64,000 nt of DNA. Source: an uncultured Methylomirabilota bacterium (GTDB taxonomy: Bacteria > Methylomirabilota > Methylomirabilia > Methylomirabilales > 2-02-FULL-66-22). Location of the stretch: contig CAWJSJ010000004.1 in NCBI GenBank assembly GCA_963845565.1, positions 32,001 through 96,000 of the forward strand, given 5' to 3'. Positions 11,508-22,122 of the stretch are shown one piece after another. The position numbers were made by a program, and so were the translations under genes. The notes below the pieces were generated by a model. The model saw only the letters and a list, made by a program, of their open reading frames with translations, ran no database searches and was not told where the DNA came from. Positions within the stretch are counted from its first letter, which is position 1; every line of letters begins with the position of its first letter.

Positions 11508-13215
11508 TCAACGAGCGTCACGGCGCGCGGGGTCGAGATGAAAATATGCCGGCCGCGTCAGTAGTCGGGGATCCTCGACCGGCCTGCCTACCGTAAAGTG
11601 GTACAGGCTCTGGAAGCGCTCATCCCGCACGCCACACACGTCATGGAAGGCGTCGTCGAAGTAGCAGCCGATCCCGGTGCCCCGAAGACTCGCAGCTTCC
11701 GCTTCGAGGTACAACACCTGCCCGAGGAGGCCGGATTCCCAGAACAGTCGGCGATACCACCAGGCTCCGGCGGCCCGGATGCTGTCGGCAAAATCGGCGA
11801 GCATGCCCAGGCTGAAGGCACCGCCCTCGGCAATCTGCTGATGGCAACTCACCGTCTGGGCCACCTCCCGGAAGTCTCCCGCGGCCAATGCAAACAGGGG
11901 GAGGGCCTCCGGACAGCCGTCCGGCCGTGCCCAGGAGAAATCGGCCCCGAGGGTGGCCTGGAGGCGGGCGTGAGCCGCTGGGTTGCGTTCGAGAAGGTAC
12001 AGGCCCGGCGGCACCCCGTGGACCCGGTGCACGAAGATGCCGCAGTGCAGATGCGCGGGCCACGGCCAGACGTCCCAGGGGGGCGCGCCGGGTCGCGGCA
12101 GCAGCCGGTCCAGGATGGCGTAGAAGCGTGCAGCCGCCATCGCCGTGGTCCCGTCGAGCGCCAGACAGCTCCGGCGCTGCTTGATCAACTGCACCGCGCT
12201 CAGTGGAGCCGGGCCATCGGATGATGCGGACCCCAGGGCGGCTCGGTCGCTGGGGGCGACGTCGCTCCGGCACCAGGGTGCCCCCGCGCCGTCTGCTCGC
12301 CAGGTCGCCTCGGCGGCCGCGTCGATGGCCGGCCAGGGGACATGGGCGGGGCTGAGGGGATTGGCCCGGCCCGCCCACTTCCCGGCCTGGAGCACCGCTC
12401 GCATTGTCGCCAGGTCAACGCGCGCGGGCTCCTTCCCGTATGCGGGCGGAGCGAAAGGACCCACCAGCAGCAACGCATCAGGATGCTCGCGGTCTGCCAC
12501 GGCAATGGCGGCGACGCTCTCCGATTGGGTCAACCCCAGCATGGCGCCCAGGGTGGGATCCGAGACATCGGCGATCAGCGTCGCCGACCACCCCAGCGTC
12601 GCGGCCGCATAGCGCACGGCGGCGATGGCATGGCCGACATCGTGCTGGCAATAGCGGAAGGCGCGCTCGCCGTACTTCCAGGCCTCGCGCCAGTGAATCG
12701 AGGAGAGCCCCACGAGACAGGACGCGGGAGGGAGCGCCGCAGCCAGACTGCTGGGCGGCGGGCCCGTCCAGACCGCACCGCTGTTCCAGGGCGTGGTCCC
12801 GGCTGAGGTAGTGGTACACCCCGGCGGCGAGGCCCGGCATCGCCGGCAGGATGGCATAGCCTTCGGTGGGGTGCAGGTTGCCGCTGGACGGGTTGCACCG
12901 CAATGCCCAGCGATTCCCTGCGTATTGTTTCCAGGCGGACAGTCCCAGGGCCAACTCGAACAGCATGGCCACGCTCGTCCGATCGAGCGGCAGGGGAGGG
13001 ACGGCGCCGGGACGATAGAGGGCGTCGTACGCCACGGCGAGCCGGTCGGCTTGCAGGGGAAGTTCCACCCGGTCCGCGCCATCGAACGTGCGGAACGGAT
13101 CCGGCTGGGTGGCCCAGTCCAGGTACCCCGGCGACGCGGCGTAACGGTGCAGATGGTGCTTGGTGCGGCGGTGGTAGGCCAACACCGCCTCAACCGCAGC
13201 ATCGTTCGGGGCCAT
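11508..13215 (-). pseudogene. SagB/ThcOx-like nitroreductase family protein, one frameshift near 12753
   Basis: N-half (YHRRTKH, LRCNPSSGNLHPTE) and C-half (WREAWKYGERAFRYCQHD, GIGCYFDD) are in different frames, joined by one extra base in a short homopolymer; may be a consensus error. Confidence 0.8.
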
Positions 13216-13217
13216 CG

Positions 13218-13475
13218 TCAGTCCATCTCGACTAACACGTCGTTTCCGTCGACGCGGACGCGAACGCTAAGGACACCCGGGCGGGCCGGGGACCGGTCAC
13301 GGCGCCCGTCTGCACGTCGAAAGTGGCGCCGTGCCATGGGCAGGTCACTATGGCGCCGTGCAACTCACCCTCCCCCAACAGCCCCCCACGGTGGGAGCAT
13401 GTGTCGTGAATAGCGTAAAACGTGCCGTCCACATTGAAAAGGGCAATCGATTGCCCCGGTGACCGATACACATTG
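13218..13475 (-). pseudogene. Rieske (2Fe-2S) ferredoxin, frameshifted, N-terminus not recognisable
   Basis: IALFNVDGTFYAIHDTCSHRGG...VTCPWHGATFD; frameshifts near 13290 and 13455; restored tail VRVRVDGNDVLVEMD ends just before the nitroreductase start. Confidence 0.75.
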
Positions 13476-13877
13476 GATCGCGCGGTAGGCGGGAGAAGGC
13501 AGCCCGAGAGGACGGAGCTGCGCCGATCGCCACAGCGCTGCGGCATAGCGTACAGGGCACGGCGGGGCCTGCGTCGGCCCGCCCCGGCGCATGTCATTTC
13601 CTGCACGCATGCCGGGGAATGCTTGCGCCGTCCGTTTGTCTGGGTGTCCGCCACAACAGACCCGGAACGGAGGCCCGGAACGGCTTGGACTTGGCGGCAA
13701 CTCCCAAAACATCGGATGCGTGCCGGGCGCGCCGTTAGCCAACGCCAGAGGAACCCTGCTACTATCACACGGGACCGCGGGGTCACGGCACGGTCTTCGT
13801 TTTGCAAATGCCACCCGTATCCTTGCGGACACGTCCGACGGCCCGTGCGGGCGTATGGAGCGGGAAGGGAAAGGGAA

Positions 13878-14078
13878 ATGGCGGAATTCTTTGTGTATAC
13901 CTGTCGCCAGTGTCACATCGCGTATGCGGGTGCGCTTGAACCCGGGGATCATATGACGGAATTCGTGGATCGGACCGGACTCTGTGTCGAATGCCTTGAG
14001 AGCCTCGTCGGGTGGTGTCCGGTTGGGGAGGAGGTGGAGAGCCGCGAGGACAACTCCGGGACGACCCCGAACGTCTAA
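13878..14078 (+). CDS. small hypothetical protein with two CxxC motifs
   Basis: Purine-rich RBS; MAEFFVYTCRQC...LCVECLE; 66 aa. Confidence 0.55.
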   Translation: MAEFFVYTCRQCHIAYAGALEPGDHMTEFVDRTGLCVECLESLVGWCPVGEEVESREDNSGTTPNV

Positions 14079-14096
14079 AAGCGGCATTCGGCTCAA

Positions 14097-14378
14097 TCAG
14101 AAGTTGGGGTTGATGTTGACCTCGGCGCACAACATGCGCGCTTCCAGAGTGGTCATGAAGGGGTTGTTCGATATGCACACGAGGCGCGACGCCCCGAGAC
14201 TTTGCTTTTTGATCAGCGGCGAGGCGGGGCCGATCGCTTCCTGCGGGACCCGGTACAGATCGCCGCTGCCCCGTTCCACATAGACCCCCGGTTCGTGGAT
14301 TTCATCCCACGAAACCTCCGTAAACGCCAGCCGGTGAGAGGGCTGCGCGGACACTGTCACGTTATGCTTCTCCGCCAT
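14097..14378 (-). CDS. hypothetical protein
   Basis: Strong RBS AGGAGG; globular-looking sequence WDEIHEPGVYVERGSGDLYRVP...NINPNF. Confidence 0.7.
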   Translation of the reverse strand: MAEKHNVTVSAQPSHRLAFTEVSWDEIHEPGVYVERGSGDLYRVPQEAIGPASPLIKKQSLGASRLVCISNNPFMTTLEARMLCAEVNINPNF

Positions 14379-15050
14379 GGCCCATCCTCCTTCCTGTTCC
14401 GGAGCGCCTCGGGTCTCCACCCTCCTCAAGAATAATGTGTGACGCGCAAGCGTCTGTGTCAAGAGCAAAAAAGTCCGCTTTTATAACTACCGATAATACC
14501 TGGCATTCGTTTCTAGCAGGCGCCAACCATTGTGTGCAGTGGGCCGCGTCAGCGGAGAACGAGACCGGAATGCGCGACCGGTCCGGAGGGCACAATTCCG
14601 CGGCGGACCGGCGGGTTGCGCGACCGCCCATGCGGAACTGATATGACGCATTTTCTGTCAACCGGCCGCAGGCGGGGAGTCCGTTTCGCCATTCCCTCCG
14701 TCACCAACGTGTGAATGCTTCCGGCGGAATCTCTCCGTTGAGGACCGAGCGAAGGCGACCTCTCCCGCCCTGCCCGTCGCCACATCCGCGACCCCGCACC
14801 GACCCCCGGCCTGCGCGAACACGGTACTGTCGCCCGCCGGGACGGATCGCGGGCACGCGCCTCGGCGCACGATTCCCCCGCATTCGCCGGTGAATCCGGT
14901 GAGCGCCATCCGGTGAATCCGAATCCATCCCACGCTTCCACGGGAAATCCCGACCCGCAGCTCGCCGGCCACACGCCGCACATCCGGTGAAGGGCCTACC
15001 GGCCAATGGTTATGGGTTTTGGCGCGGCGGCGCGCCCGTATGGGCGACCT

Positions 15051-15066
15051 TGGCATTCCCATTGCG
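15051..15066 (+). promoter_or_regulatory. sigma54 -24/-12 promoter
   Basis: TGGCAT-TCCCA-TTGCG with canonical spacing. Confidence 0.55.
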
Positions 15067-15390
15067 ATGGGATCTCGCCGGTGGCGGGGCGAGACGGGGT
15101 ACCGCGGCGGCCGCTTGAGAAAGAGGGGAAGGATGATGCGGATGTGTCGGCAGGTCTTCACGCCATCACGGATCGAGCGTGTGTTGGAGGTTCATGTTCC
15201 TCGACCGTGTGGGCCTCGCATTCCCCGATTTGTTTTGGTTCCCGTGCGTCACGATGGGGCAATTCGCGGTCTGCCCCTGGGGTAGGAATGATTTCCCGCG
15301 TTCGGCAGCGATTTCACGCTGGTGCGAGCCTGGGGTCACAGACGATGAACATGGAAGCGGGGGCTACCCCGATAGGGGAGGGAAACGGAC

Positions 15391-15807
15391 ATGGATGCGG
15401 TGGTAAAGGTCGTCAGTGCAATGGTGTTTGTACTGCTCGGGTTCTCACTGATGGGCGGGCCGATGTTCCTCGCGGACTGGCTACGGGCCCGGCGGCAGGA
15501 CGTGATTGCCCGTCAAATCACGCTCACCGACGCCTTGGACGGCCGATTCGGCGTGCTCGTTGCCCCAGTGGTGACGAAGCCTCTCTTCGGCCCGTGGGAG
15601 GTTCGGATCGCCGTGCCCTTGCAGTGGTCAGCGATCCAAGGTGGGATGCTCGCCGTGATCGACGAAGTCTTCGTTCGCGTCGACGGGACGAACCCAAGTT
15701 CCTATCGAATCGTTCTCAGCGTGACGCCGGACGGGCGACGTGCGGCGGGTTCGGGATCGTCCGTGAAGCTGCACGCGGACACCTTGGCGTCGGCCGTAAG
15801 CCGTTAA
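15391..15807 (+). CDS. hypothetical protein with N-terminal transmembrane helix
   Basis: RBS GGAGGG; hydrophobic N-terminus. Confidence 0.65.
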   Translation: MDAVVKVVSAMVFVLLGFSLMGGPMFLADWLRARRQDVIARQITLTDALDGRFGVLVAPVVTKPLFGPWEVRIAVPLQWSAIQGGMLAVIDEVFVRVDGTNPSSYRIVLSVTPDGRRAAGSGSSVKLHADTLASAVSR

Positions 15808-16573
15808 GAGGGGGTGCGTGATGTATCTCCATTCCGGCTTGGCCACTGGATGGTGGGTCATCACTTCCCTGTGGCGTGTGACGGAGGACGCGCGCCTGAG
15901 GTGCCATAGCCGGTTCGCTCCAGGCCGGCACTGTTGCCCGATGCACCGTGCGTACACCGCTGGTGGCGAGGCCCGGCCTCGCCATTAGTACCACCGGGGT
16001 CGTGGGGCAAACAACCAAAGCGGCTGTGCCCCACTCGTGCAGGAGCCGGGCGGTGTTCTCGGACCCGTCGCCGCGTGCGCGGAAGTCTCGTGAGCGTTCC
16101 TCGGATTGGGGCGTGCCGGAACCACAAAAACCGGGACCTCCGGCAAGGAGCCGCGGCCATTGGCAATTGACACGTCAATGTTGACAAGGCAAGATCCGAC
16201 CGAAGTCGGCAACCCCTCCCTGCCGGCCGGGGGGGTCGGTATGTTTCGGACTTGGTTTTTCGGTCAGGGTCAAGGCGACCGCGCGCGCAAGGGTCCCGCG
16301 CGAACGATTCGGTCGTCGGCGTCCTCGGTGTTGCGTTTCTCCTCCTTCGCATTTCCCCGGATTCCCCGACGGACTCAATGTCCCTTGCCCCTGAACCTGC
16401 AGATGTTGTCGCGCGCCAACTGGCCGTGTCTCCGCAGGCGGATCCGGGGTCCTGGTTTGCGTGATCCGGGATCCGTGTGACTAGGCACTTTCCAACGAAC
16501 ACCGTGACGACGCCCAACACGCCGGGCGGGGCGCGGGGAAGCTTGTCGGCGAACGAGTAGCGAGTGAGGGATC

Positions 16574-17086
16574 GTGATGTGCGGCGGCACCGCAATACTC
16601 CTGCGGATGATCGACGAGGCGTTCGACCGCAAATCGTGGCACGGCACCAACCTGCGAGGGGCAATACGGGGCCTGACCCTGTCGGAGGTAGGGTGGCGCC
16701 CCGAGGCGCGCCGGCACAACATCTGGGAGATCGTCGTCCACGCTGCCTATTGGAAATACACCGTGCGTCGACGCCTCCTCGAGGAGAAGCGAGGGTCCTT
16801 TCCGCTGAACGGATCAAATTGGTTTGAACGTCCCGTGATAGGCTCTGCCCTTGAGGCGTCGTGGAAATCCGATGTCGCCCTTCTGGTCGCGATGCACGGG
16901 GGGCTTCGCGAGGCCGTGGCACGACTCACGGAACGCGACCTCGCCAAGGTGCCGGCGGGCGGGACAGTCACGACGCTCTCCCTGTTGACGGGCATCGCCG
17001 CTCACGACCTGTACCATGCTGGCCAAATCCAGCTCTTGAAACGGTTACAGGCCGACCGATCCGCCTCGCCAGTCGGTGTCGATTGA
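16574..17086 (+). CDS. DinB family protein
   Basis: SWHGTNL, HNIWEIVVHAAYW, GIAAHDLYHAGQI (His triad); start uncertain. Confidence 0.85.
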   Translation: MMCGGTAILLRMIDEAFDRKSWHGTNLRGAIRGLTLSEVGWRPEARRHNIWEIVVHAAYWKYTVRRRLLEEKRGSFPLNGSNWFERPVIGSALEASWKSDVALLVAMHGGLREAVARLTERDLAKVPAGGTVTTLSLLTGIAAHDLYHAGQIQLLKRLQADRSASPVGVD

Positions 17087-17444
17087 CCGGTTCCACCGGC
17101 CCGCGCGCGCGGGGGCATCTCGTCGTGAGGTTGGCTACCCGCGCGGTCCCGTGAGGCCGACCGTGGTTGGCAGCCGTGTTCGCAGGGGTCGCCTCGTCAC
17201 GCGCGCAACATGCGACCCGCCGTGAGCACAGTGAGCCGCGCTTCCCGGCAGCGCGCTCCTGCGGCATGGTAGTACGTCCGGCACGCGGGGCCCTGCGTCC
17301 CGACCACGCCGTGGAGGATGGAATTGCACCCGGATGCGATGCTCGACGAAGTCGCCACTATGGAGCAGGGCTGGCCGATGCAGCCTCCGTCGCCGAGCGT
17401 CGTCAGGGTCCGTCTCGAACTGGCCGACGGCAAGATCTCCCGCC

Positions 17445-17825
17445 TTATGGCCGGCGCCACTGCGCTGATTGTCTCGTCTCTGCGGGTTGACGTCTGACCC
17501 TCCGTGCGGGCGGATGGCCTTCGATGTCGGCTGAACTCCAGCGTGTGTGTCTCGCAGGGATTTGCCATTCCACCGCGTAGGGCATCCATGGTCCTACTTG
17601 CTTCAATTCCGGAGCAGGAGGCGGGTGCAGCAAGAATGGCGCTACGTCGGCCGGGGCAAGACTCGTGACAGCACCGGGATGCGCTTGGCGAGGAAGTCGC
17701 CGTAACGGCGAGCGGGAACGGCTGGTCAAGAGCATGGCTAGGACGATGAGGGTTCCACCCGGCACGAAAATTTCGATTGCCAACAGACGACCGACCATCT
17801 TGACGATGCGCAGTGCTCGTTTCAT
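17445..17825 (-). CDS. small hypothetical membrane protein
   Basis: MKRALRIVKMVGRLLAIEIFVPGGTLIVLAMLL; sigma54-like site at 17850-17865; C-terminal part doubtful. Confidence 0.35.
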   Translation of the reverse strand: MKRALRIVKMVGRLLAIEIFVPGGTLIVLAMLLTSRSRSPLRRLPRQAHPGAVTSLAPADVAPFLLHPPPAPELKQVGPWMPYAVEWQIPARHTRWSSADIEGHPPARRVRRQPAETRQSAQWRRP

Positions 17826-18422
17826 CACTTCTGTTCCATCCTCGGGCTTTGCGTATGACGTGCCTGTGATGCGCTCGGGTCTTCTCGATCCTGAGGTCAC
17901 GCTCGATCTCGCTCTGTTGGTCCTATGGCCTTGCAGACGGCGGGCCAAACCCTCCTCGAAAGTTGACGGGGGTTCGCGGCCTCCGAGGCGAGATTGCCGG
18001 TGCGCGATAACCGCTAGAAATCGTTGAGCTAATAAGGTGGAACGGGATGCGGGCGAGCGGCGCTGGGGGGGGAAGACTCCCGAAGGCACTTTCAGCGTCG
18101 CGCCGCCGCGGTGGCTCCAAAGAGATTCAAACGCATCCAAGGAGATCCATGGGCCGCCGCCTTTGCCGTTTGACTCGACCGAAGAGCCCGGGGCGCTCCG
18201 CGCGGCTTCGTTCGTCCCCGTTGAGGAGGGGAGCGTTCGTATCGTCAGCGCCGGGAGACAGTCGTTCTCGCGGGCAATTCAGGCATGGAGAGGGAGGAGG
18301 CGATCGCTGTCACCGCACGGACCCCAACGGCTCGAGGGCACCGTCGAGGTCCTGCCGCCGAGGCAGCTCGGATATCGGGCTGATTGCTGCTAACACTTCC
18401 AAGCGCTGAGAAGGAGAGGAAA

Positions 18423-18836
18423 ATGCAGATCCAACCTTATCTGTTTTTCGACGGTCGCTGCGAGGAGGCGATCGAGTTCTACCGGAAGGCGCTCGGCGCC
18501 GAGGTGGAAATACTGATGCGCTTCAAGGACAGCCCGGAACCTCCGCCGCCCGGCGTGGTCCCACCCGGTTCCGAGAACAAGGTGATGCACGCGACCCTGC
18601 GCATCGGTGCCGCCACGGTGATGGCGTCCGACGGATGCGCTTCGGGGTCGCCGAGCTTCAAGGGCTTCTCGTTGTCGCTCACCGTGCCCAGCGAAGCCGA
18701 GGCGGACCGACGGTTCGCGGCGTTGGCCGACGGTGGGACGGTGCAGATGCCCCTCGGCAAGACCTTCTGGTCGCCGCGGTTCGGCATGCTCACCGACCGG
18801 TTCGGCGTGGGGTGGATGGTCAACGTGGCAGGGTGA
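18423..18836 (+). CDS. VOC family PhnB-like protein
   Basis: MQIQPYLFFDGRCEEAIEFY...KVMHATL...TFWSPRFGMLTDRFGVGWMV. Confidence 0.92.
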   Translation: MQIQPYLFFDGRCEEAIEFYRKALGAEVEILMRFKDSPEPPPPGVVPPGSENKVMHATLRIGAATVMASDGCASGSPSFKGFSLSLTVPSEAEADRRFAALADGGTVQMPLGKTFWSPRFGMLTDRFGVGWMVNVAG

Positions 18837-18883
18837 CGGCCGTTTCCTCTTCCGTATCGTTGGGAGCGGGGAGGAGTCACCCG

Positions 18884-19050
18884 CTCATACAGGGGAAATC
18901 CAGGGACGATGCGCTCGAATGGACCAAGCGCTCTCCGAATCCCGCCGCCCATGGCAGGGAAGGCGAGATCGAAGTGCGCCAGCCGTTCGAGCTGGAAGAC
19001 TTCGGTCCCAGCGCGGCCATCGAGCGCGTTCGCGAGATGGGGGGTTGGGA
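18884..19050 (+). pseudogene. C-terminal remnant of a YciI (DGPF) family gene
   Basis: LIQGKSRDDALEWTKRSPNP...EIEVRQPFELEDFG with no N-terminal half. Confidence 0.65.
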
Positions 19051-19257
19051 CGAAGACGTAGTCGCGGTGCGTCGCGTTAACAAGGACAGCCGTGGCGCCT
19101 GTGGATTTCAAGCGGCCCGAGCGCACGCCCGAGGAGATCGGTGGTGCGCTCGGGTCGTGCGCGCTCCCGGCCCCGATGGGCGCCGGGAATAGACGATCGT
19201 GCATCCCGGCGGCGACGGGCTGGGAGAACGTGTGGACGCTTCTCGAGGAGGGAGAGA

Positions 19258-19638
19258 ATGGTGGGCACGACGAGCATCAGCGTGTGGGCAGGTCGGGCGG
19301 TCTCGGCTCTGGTGGCACTCGTGTTTGCGATCAGCGCACTGATGAAGCTGATGGGCGGGGCCGAAGTGAAGCAGGGGATGGGCCATCTGGGTTTGCCCGA
19401 GACGCTGATCATTCCGCTCGCGATCCTCGAGGTCTCGTGCGTCATGATCTATCTGTTTCCGGCCACGTCCGTCCTGGGTGCGATCCTCCTGACGGGATAC
19501 ATGGGTGGTGCGATCTGCACGCATTTGCGGGTCGGGGATCCGTTCGTCGTTCAAATCACGCTCGGCGTCTTGGCATGGCTCGGCCTCTATCTTCGCGAGA
19601 ATCGCCTGAGGGGTCTCCTACCGCTGAGAACCCGTTAG
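19258..19638 (+). CDS. DoxX family membrane protein
   Basis: SALMKL...LGAILLTGYMGGAICTHLRVGDP...WLGLYLRE. Confidence 0.9.
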   Translation: MVGTTSISVWAGRAVSALVALVFAISALMKLMGGAEVKQGMGHLGLPETLIIPLAILEVSCVMIYLFPATSVLGAILLTGYMGGAICTHLRVGDPFVVQITLGVLAWLGLYLRENRLRGLLPLRTR

Positions 19639-19685
19639 GTGCCCGCGATTCCAGGGCTGCTCTGGGCGCTCCGGAAAACCTGTCC

Positions 19686-20099
19686 TCAGTGCAGGAAGCG
19701 GTCGGCGTCCTCCGGCCTCGCCAGCCCGCACCGGTCCCGCCGTCCGAGCAGTCGGTGCCGATTTCGGGCGACCCAGGTGTACACGCCGTCGCGCAGTGGG
19801 CGCGGGACGACGGCCAGCCAGGCAGCCAGGCGCCAGGGAAACCCGAGGTGGGCGCAGATCTTCAGTACCGCGTCCGAGCGCGTGGCGAGGGTAGGACCGG
19901 CGATAAGAGCGATGCTGCCGAGGGCGTCCGGGCGCACGCCGAATGGAGCCAGGAGGTGACGGGCGGCGTCGGATTGGCGCGGCGCGAACCGAAAGGCGCC
20001 TCGGGGGTCATGCCGGATGACGAAGGTGACCCAGGCGCAGCAGAAGCCGCACTCGCCGTCGAAGAGGATCACCGAGGGGTGAGGACGTGTGCCAGGCAT
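19686..20099 (-). CDS. DCC1-like thiol-disulfide oxidoreductase (DUF393)
   Basis: VILFDGECGFC (DxxCxxC); PRPLRDGVYTWVARNRH; RBS GGAGG. Confidence 0.88.
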   Translation of the reverse strand: MPGTRPHPSVILFDGECGFCCAWVTFVIRHDPRGAFRFAPRQSDAARHLLAPFGVRPDALGSIALIAGPTLATRSDAVLKICAHLGFPWRLAAWLAVVPRPLRDGVYTWVARNRHRLLGRRDRCGLARPEDADRFLH

Positions 20100-20305
20100 A
20101 TGCCTCCGGAGACTGCATGGCGGATCGCACCACAGGCGCGCTCGTCGGAGACCGTCCGTGCACCGGGAAGTCGCCGATTTCCGTTCCCTCGCTCGATTCG
20201 GGCGTGCATCTCGTGCCACCCGAAAGGGAACGCGAGACCAGCGGGTAGTGCGGTTCAGGGCAGGAGGGGGACAGCACTGCGCTGAACCATGGGCGGCGGT
20301 GCGCC

Positions 20306-20632
20306 TTAGCGCGGCGCGCCGACAGGGTACCCTGCGGCTCTCCAGGCCGCCACCCCTCCCTTGAGCGCCTTTGCGTTGGCAAACCCGCGCGTTTGGTACT
20401 GGGCTGCCAGCCCGGCAGCCGAGGCTTCGTTCGGTCACCCGCAGTAGAAGACCAGCTCCTTTCCCCTGGCCAGCGTGGCAACCCGGGCCTCCAAGGCGGC
20501 CAGCGGGATCGCGCCGGCCAGCCGGGCGTTGTTGAACTTGTCCTCATCGGCATAGGCGCAGACGAGAAGGGCAGTCTGGGCTTGAACCTTCCGCCGGGCG
20601 TCGTCCACACCGATCCGCTCGATCTCTGCCAT
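20306..20632 (-). CDS. rhodanese-like selenoprotein (CxU), UGA at 20437-20435 read as Sec
   Basis: After FYCG-TGA the frame continues PNEASAAGLAAQYQTRGFANAKALKGGVAAWRAAGYP to TAA, completing the rhodanese fold; SECIS-like hairpin follows. Confidence 0.8.
20402..20420 (-). promoter_or_regulatory. putative bacterial SECIS hairpin
   Basis: GGCUGCC-GGGCU-GGCAGCC; loop begins 21 nt after the UGA. Confidence 0.65.
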
Positions 20633-20686
20633 GGTCTCCTCCTTTCTTAAGGATCGTAAACCACAAGGCGAAGTTCGCCGCGTCCT

Positions 20687-21706
20687 TCAGCCGCCCCGGG
20701 TGTGCATCTCGAGATGCGAGTCGATCTTCAGCGCGCCGACCGGAATGAACGGCGTCCGGCGATCCGCGGTGAGGCGGAGCTCGGCGCCCCGATCGGTGCG
20801 CGCCTGCCAGACCGACTCCAGCAGCGCGTGGAGTTCCTCGTCTGACGCGCCCCGGCGCAGCGGGCTCCGCAGATCGGTGCCCTGGGTGGCGTAGAGGCAG
20901 AGCAGCCAGACGCCGTCGGCGGTCAGTCGGCTCCGATCGCAGCTCCGGCAGAACGGCGCCGTCGTCGATGAGATGATGCCGAAGATGGTGCCGTCCGCCA
21001 GTCGGAAGCGATCGGCCGGGGCGGAGGTCTCCTCCACGATCGGCGCGATCGGCCCGTAATGCGTTTGCACCCGCTGCAGCATCTCCTGCCGCGTGACGAC
21101 CGCCTCCATCGACCAGTGCGTCGCACCGCCGACATCCATGTATTCGATGAAGCGAATCTCAGCGCGCCGGCTCTTCGCGAATTCGAGCAGCTCGATCAGT
21201 TCGTCCTCGTTGATCCCGCGGATCACCACGGTGTCGAGTTTCAGGCTGGCGAACGGGGTTGCGGCGGCGGCGTCGATCCCGCGGAGCACGGCCGCATGCT
21301 GGGCGAATCGCGTGAGCGCCTCGAACCGCGCCGGCCGCAGGGTATCGAGGCTCACCGTGATGCGATGGAGCCCCGCCGCGCGCAGCCGGGCGGCCTGTCC
21401 GGCCAAGAGCACGCCGTTCGTCGTCATCGCGAGGTCGCGAATGCGGGGATTCTGCGCGAGTCGTTCGACGAGGTCTGGCAGGTCTGGGCGCAGGAGCGGC
21501 TCGCCCCCCGTCAGGCGCACCCGATCGACCCCGACGTGGGTGAAGGCGCGCGCGAGCCGGTCCAGTTCGTCGACCCGCAGGATGTCCGGGTGCGGCAGCC
21601 AGGTGTAGTGTGCCTCGGGCATACAGTATTGGCACCGCAGATTGCAGCGGTCGGTGACGGAGAGCCGCAGGCTCCGGGCCGGACGTTTGAGGCTGTCGAG
21701 TACCAT
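20687..21706 (-). CDS. moaA: GTP 3',8-cyclase
   Basis: LRLSVTDRCNLRCQYC radical-SAM motif, FCRSCDRSRLT, C-terminal GG. Confidence 0.95.
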   Translation of the reverse strand: MVLDSLKRPARSLRLSVTDRCNLRCQYCMPEAHYTWLPHPDILRVDELDRLARAFTHVGVDRVRLTGGEPLLRPDLPDLVERLAQNPRIRDLAMTTNGVLLAGQAARLRAAGLHRITVSLDTLRPARFEALTRFAQHAAVLRGIDAAAATPFASLKLDTVVIRGINEDELIELLEFAKSRRAEIRFIEYMDVGGATHWSMEAVVTRQEMLQRVQTHYGPIAPIVEETSAPADRFRLADGTIFGIISSTTAPFCRSCDRSRLTADGVWLLCLYATQGTDLRSPLRRGASDEELHALLESVWQARTDRGAELRLTADRRTPFIPVGALKIDSHLEMHTRGG

Positions 21707-21887
21707 GGTCTCCAGTGTCCCACCGTGACAGACGAAGAGAGTCTACAGCCTTAACGGGGTACTGTAACCCCCCACGACGCGCTGGCGCGGGCCATGCATA
21801 TTTGCGGGACGTATGGCGGCACTCCGTTGGCAATCAGTCATCCGGGACGTGGCGTCTTTGTTATCGTTATGTTACCATCCCCCCACT

Positions 21888-22080
21888 ATGCCCCGCAGCC
21901 CGCGCCTGGATGCCCCGGAGACCCTGCCCGACGACTTCCGTCGACGGTTGGGGGAAGGTGGTGATCGCCACGGGGGTTACCGTGAATGCCTGGGCGCTGG
22001 CACCGAGTCGCCTCCACCTCGTGGTCCGCACCGGCGCGACCCCGCTGGCGCAGGCCATGCGCGCGCTCCTGACCGGCTAG
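21888..22080 (+). pseudogene. remnant of REP-associated/IS200-like HUH transposase (RAYT)
   Basis: MPRSPRLDAPETL N-terminus, internal deletion and frameshift, then NAWALAPSRLHLVVRTG..LAQAMRALLTG-stop (degenerate HUH). Confidence 0.7.
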
Positions 22081-22122
22081 GAAAGACAACCACACATCCT
22101 CTTGCGAAGGGAGCCGACTATC

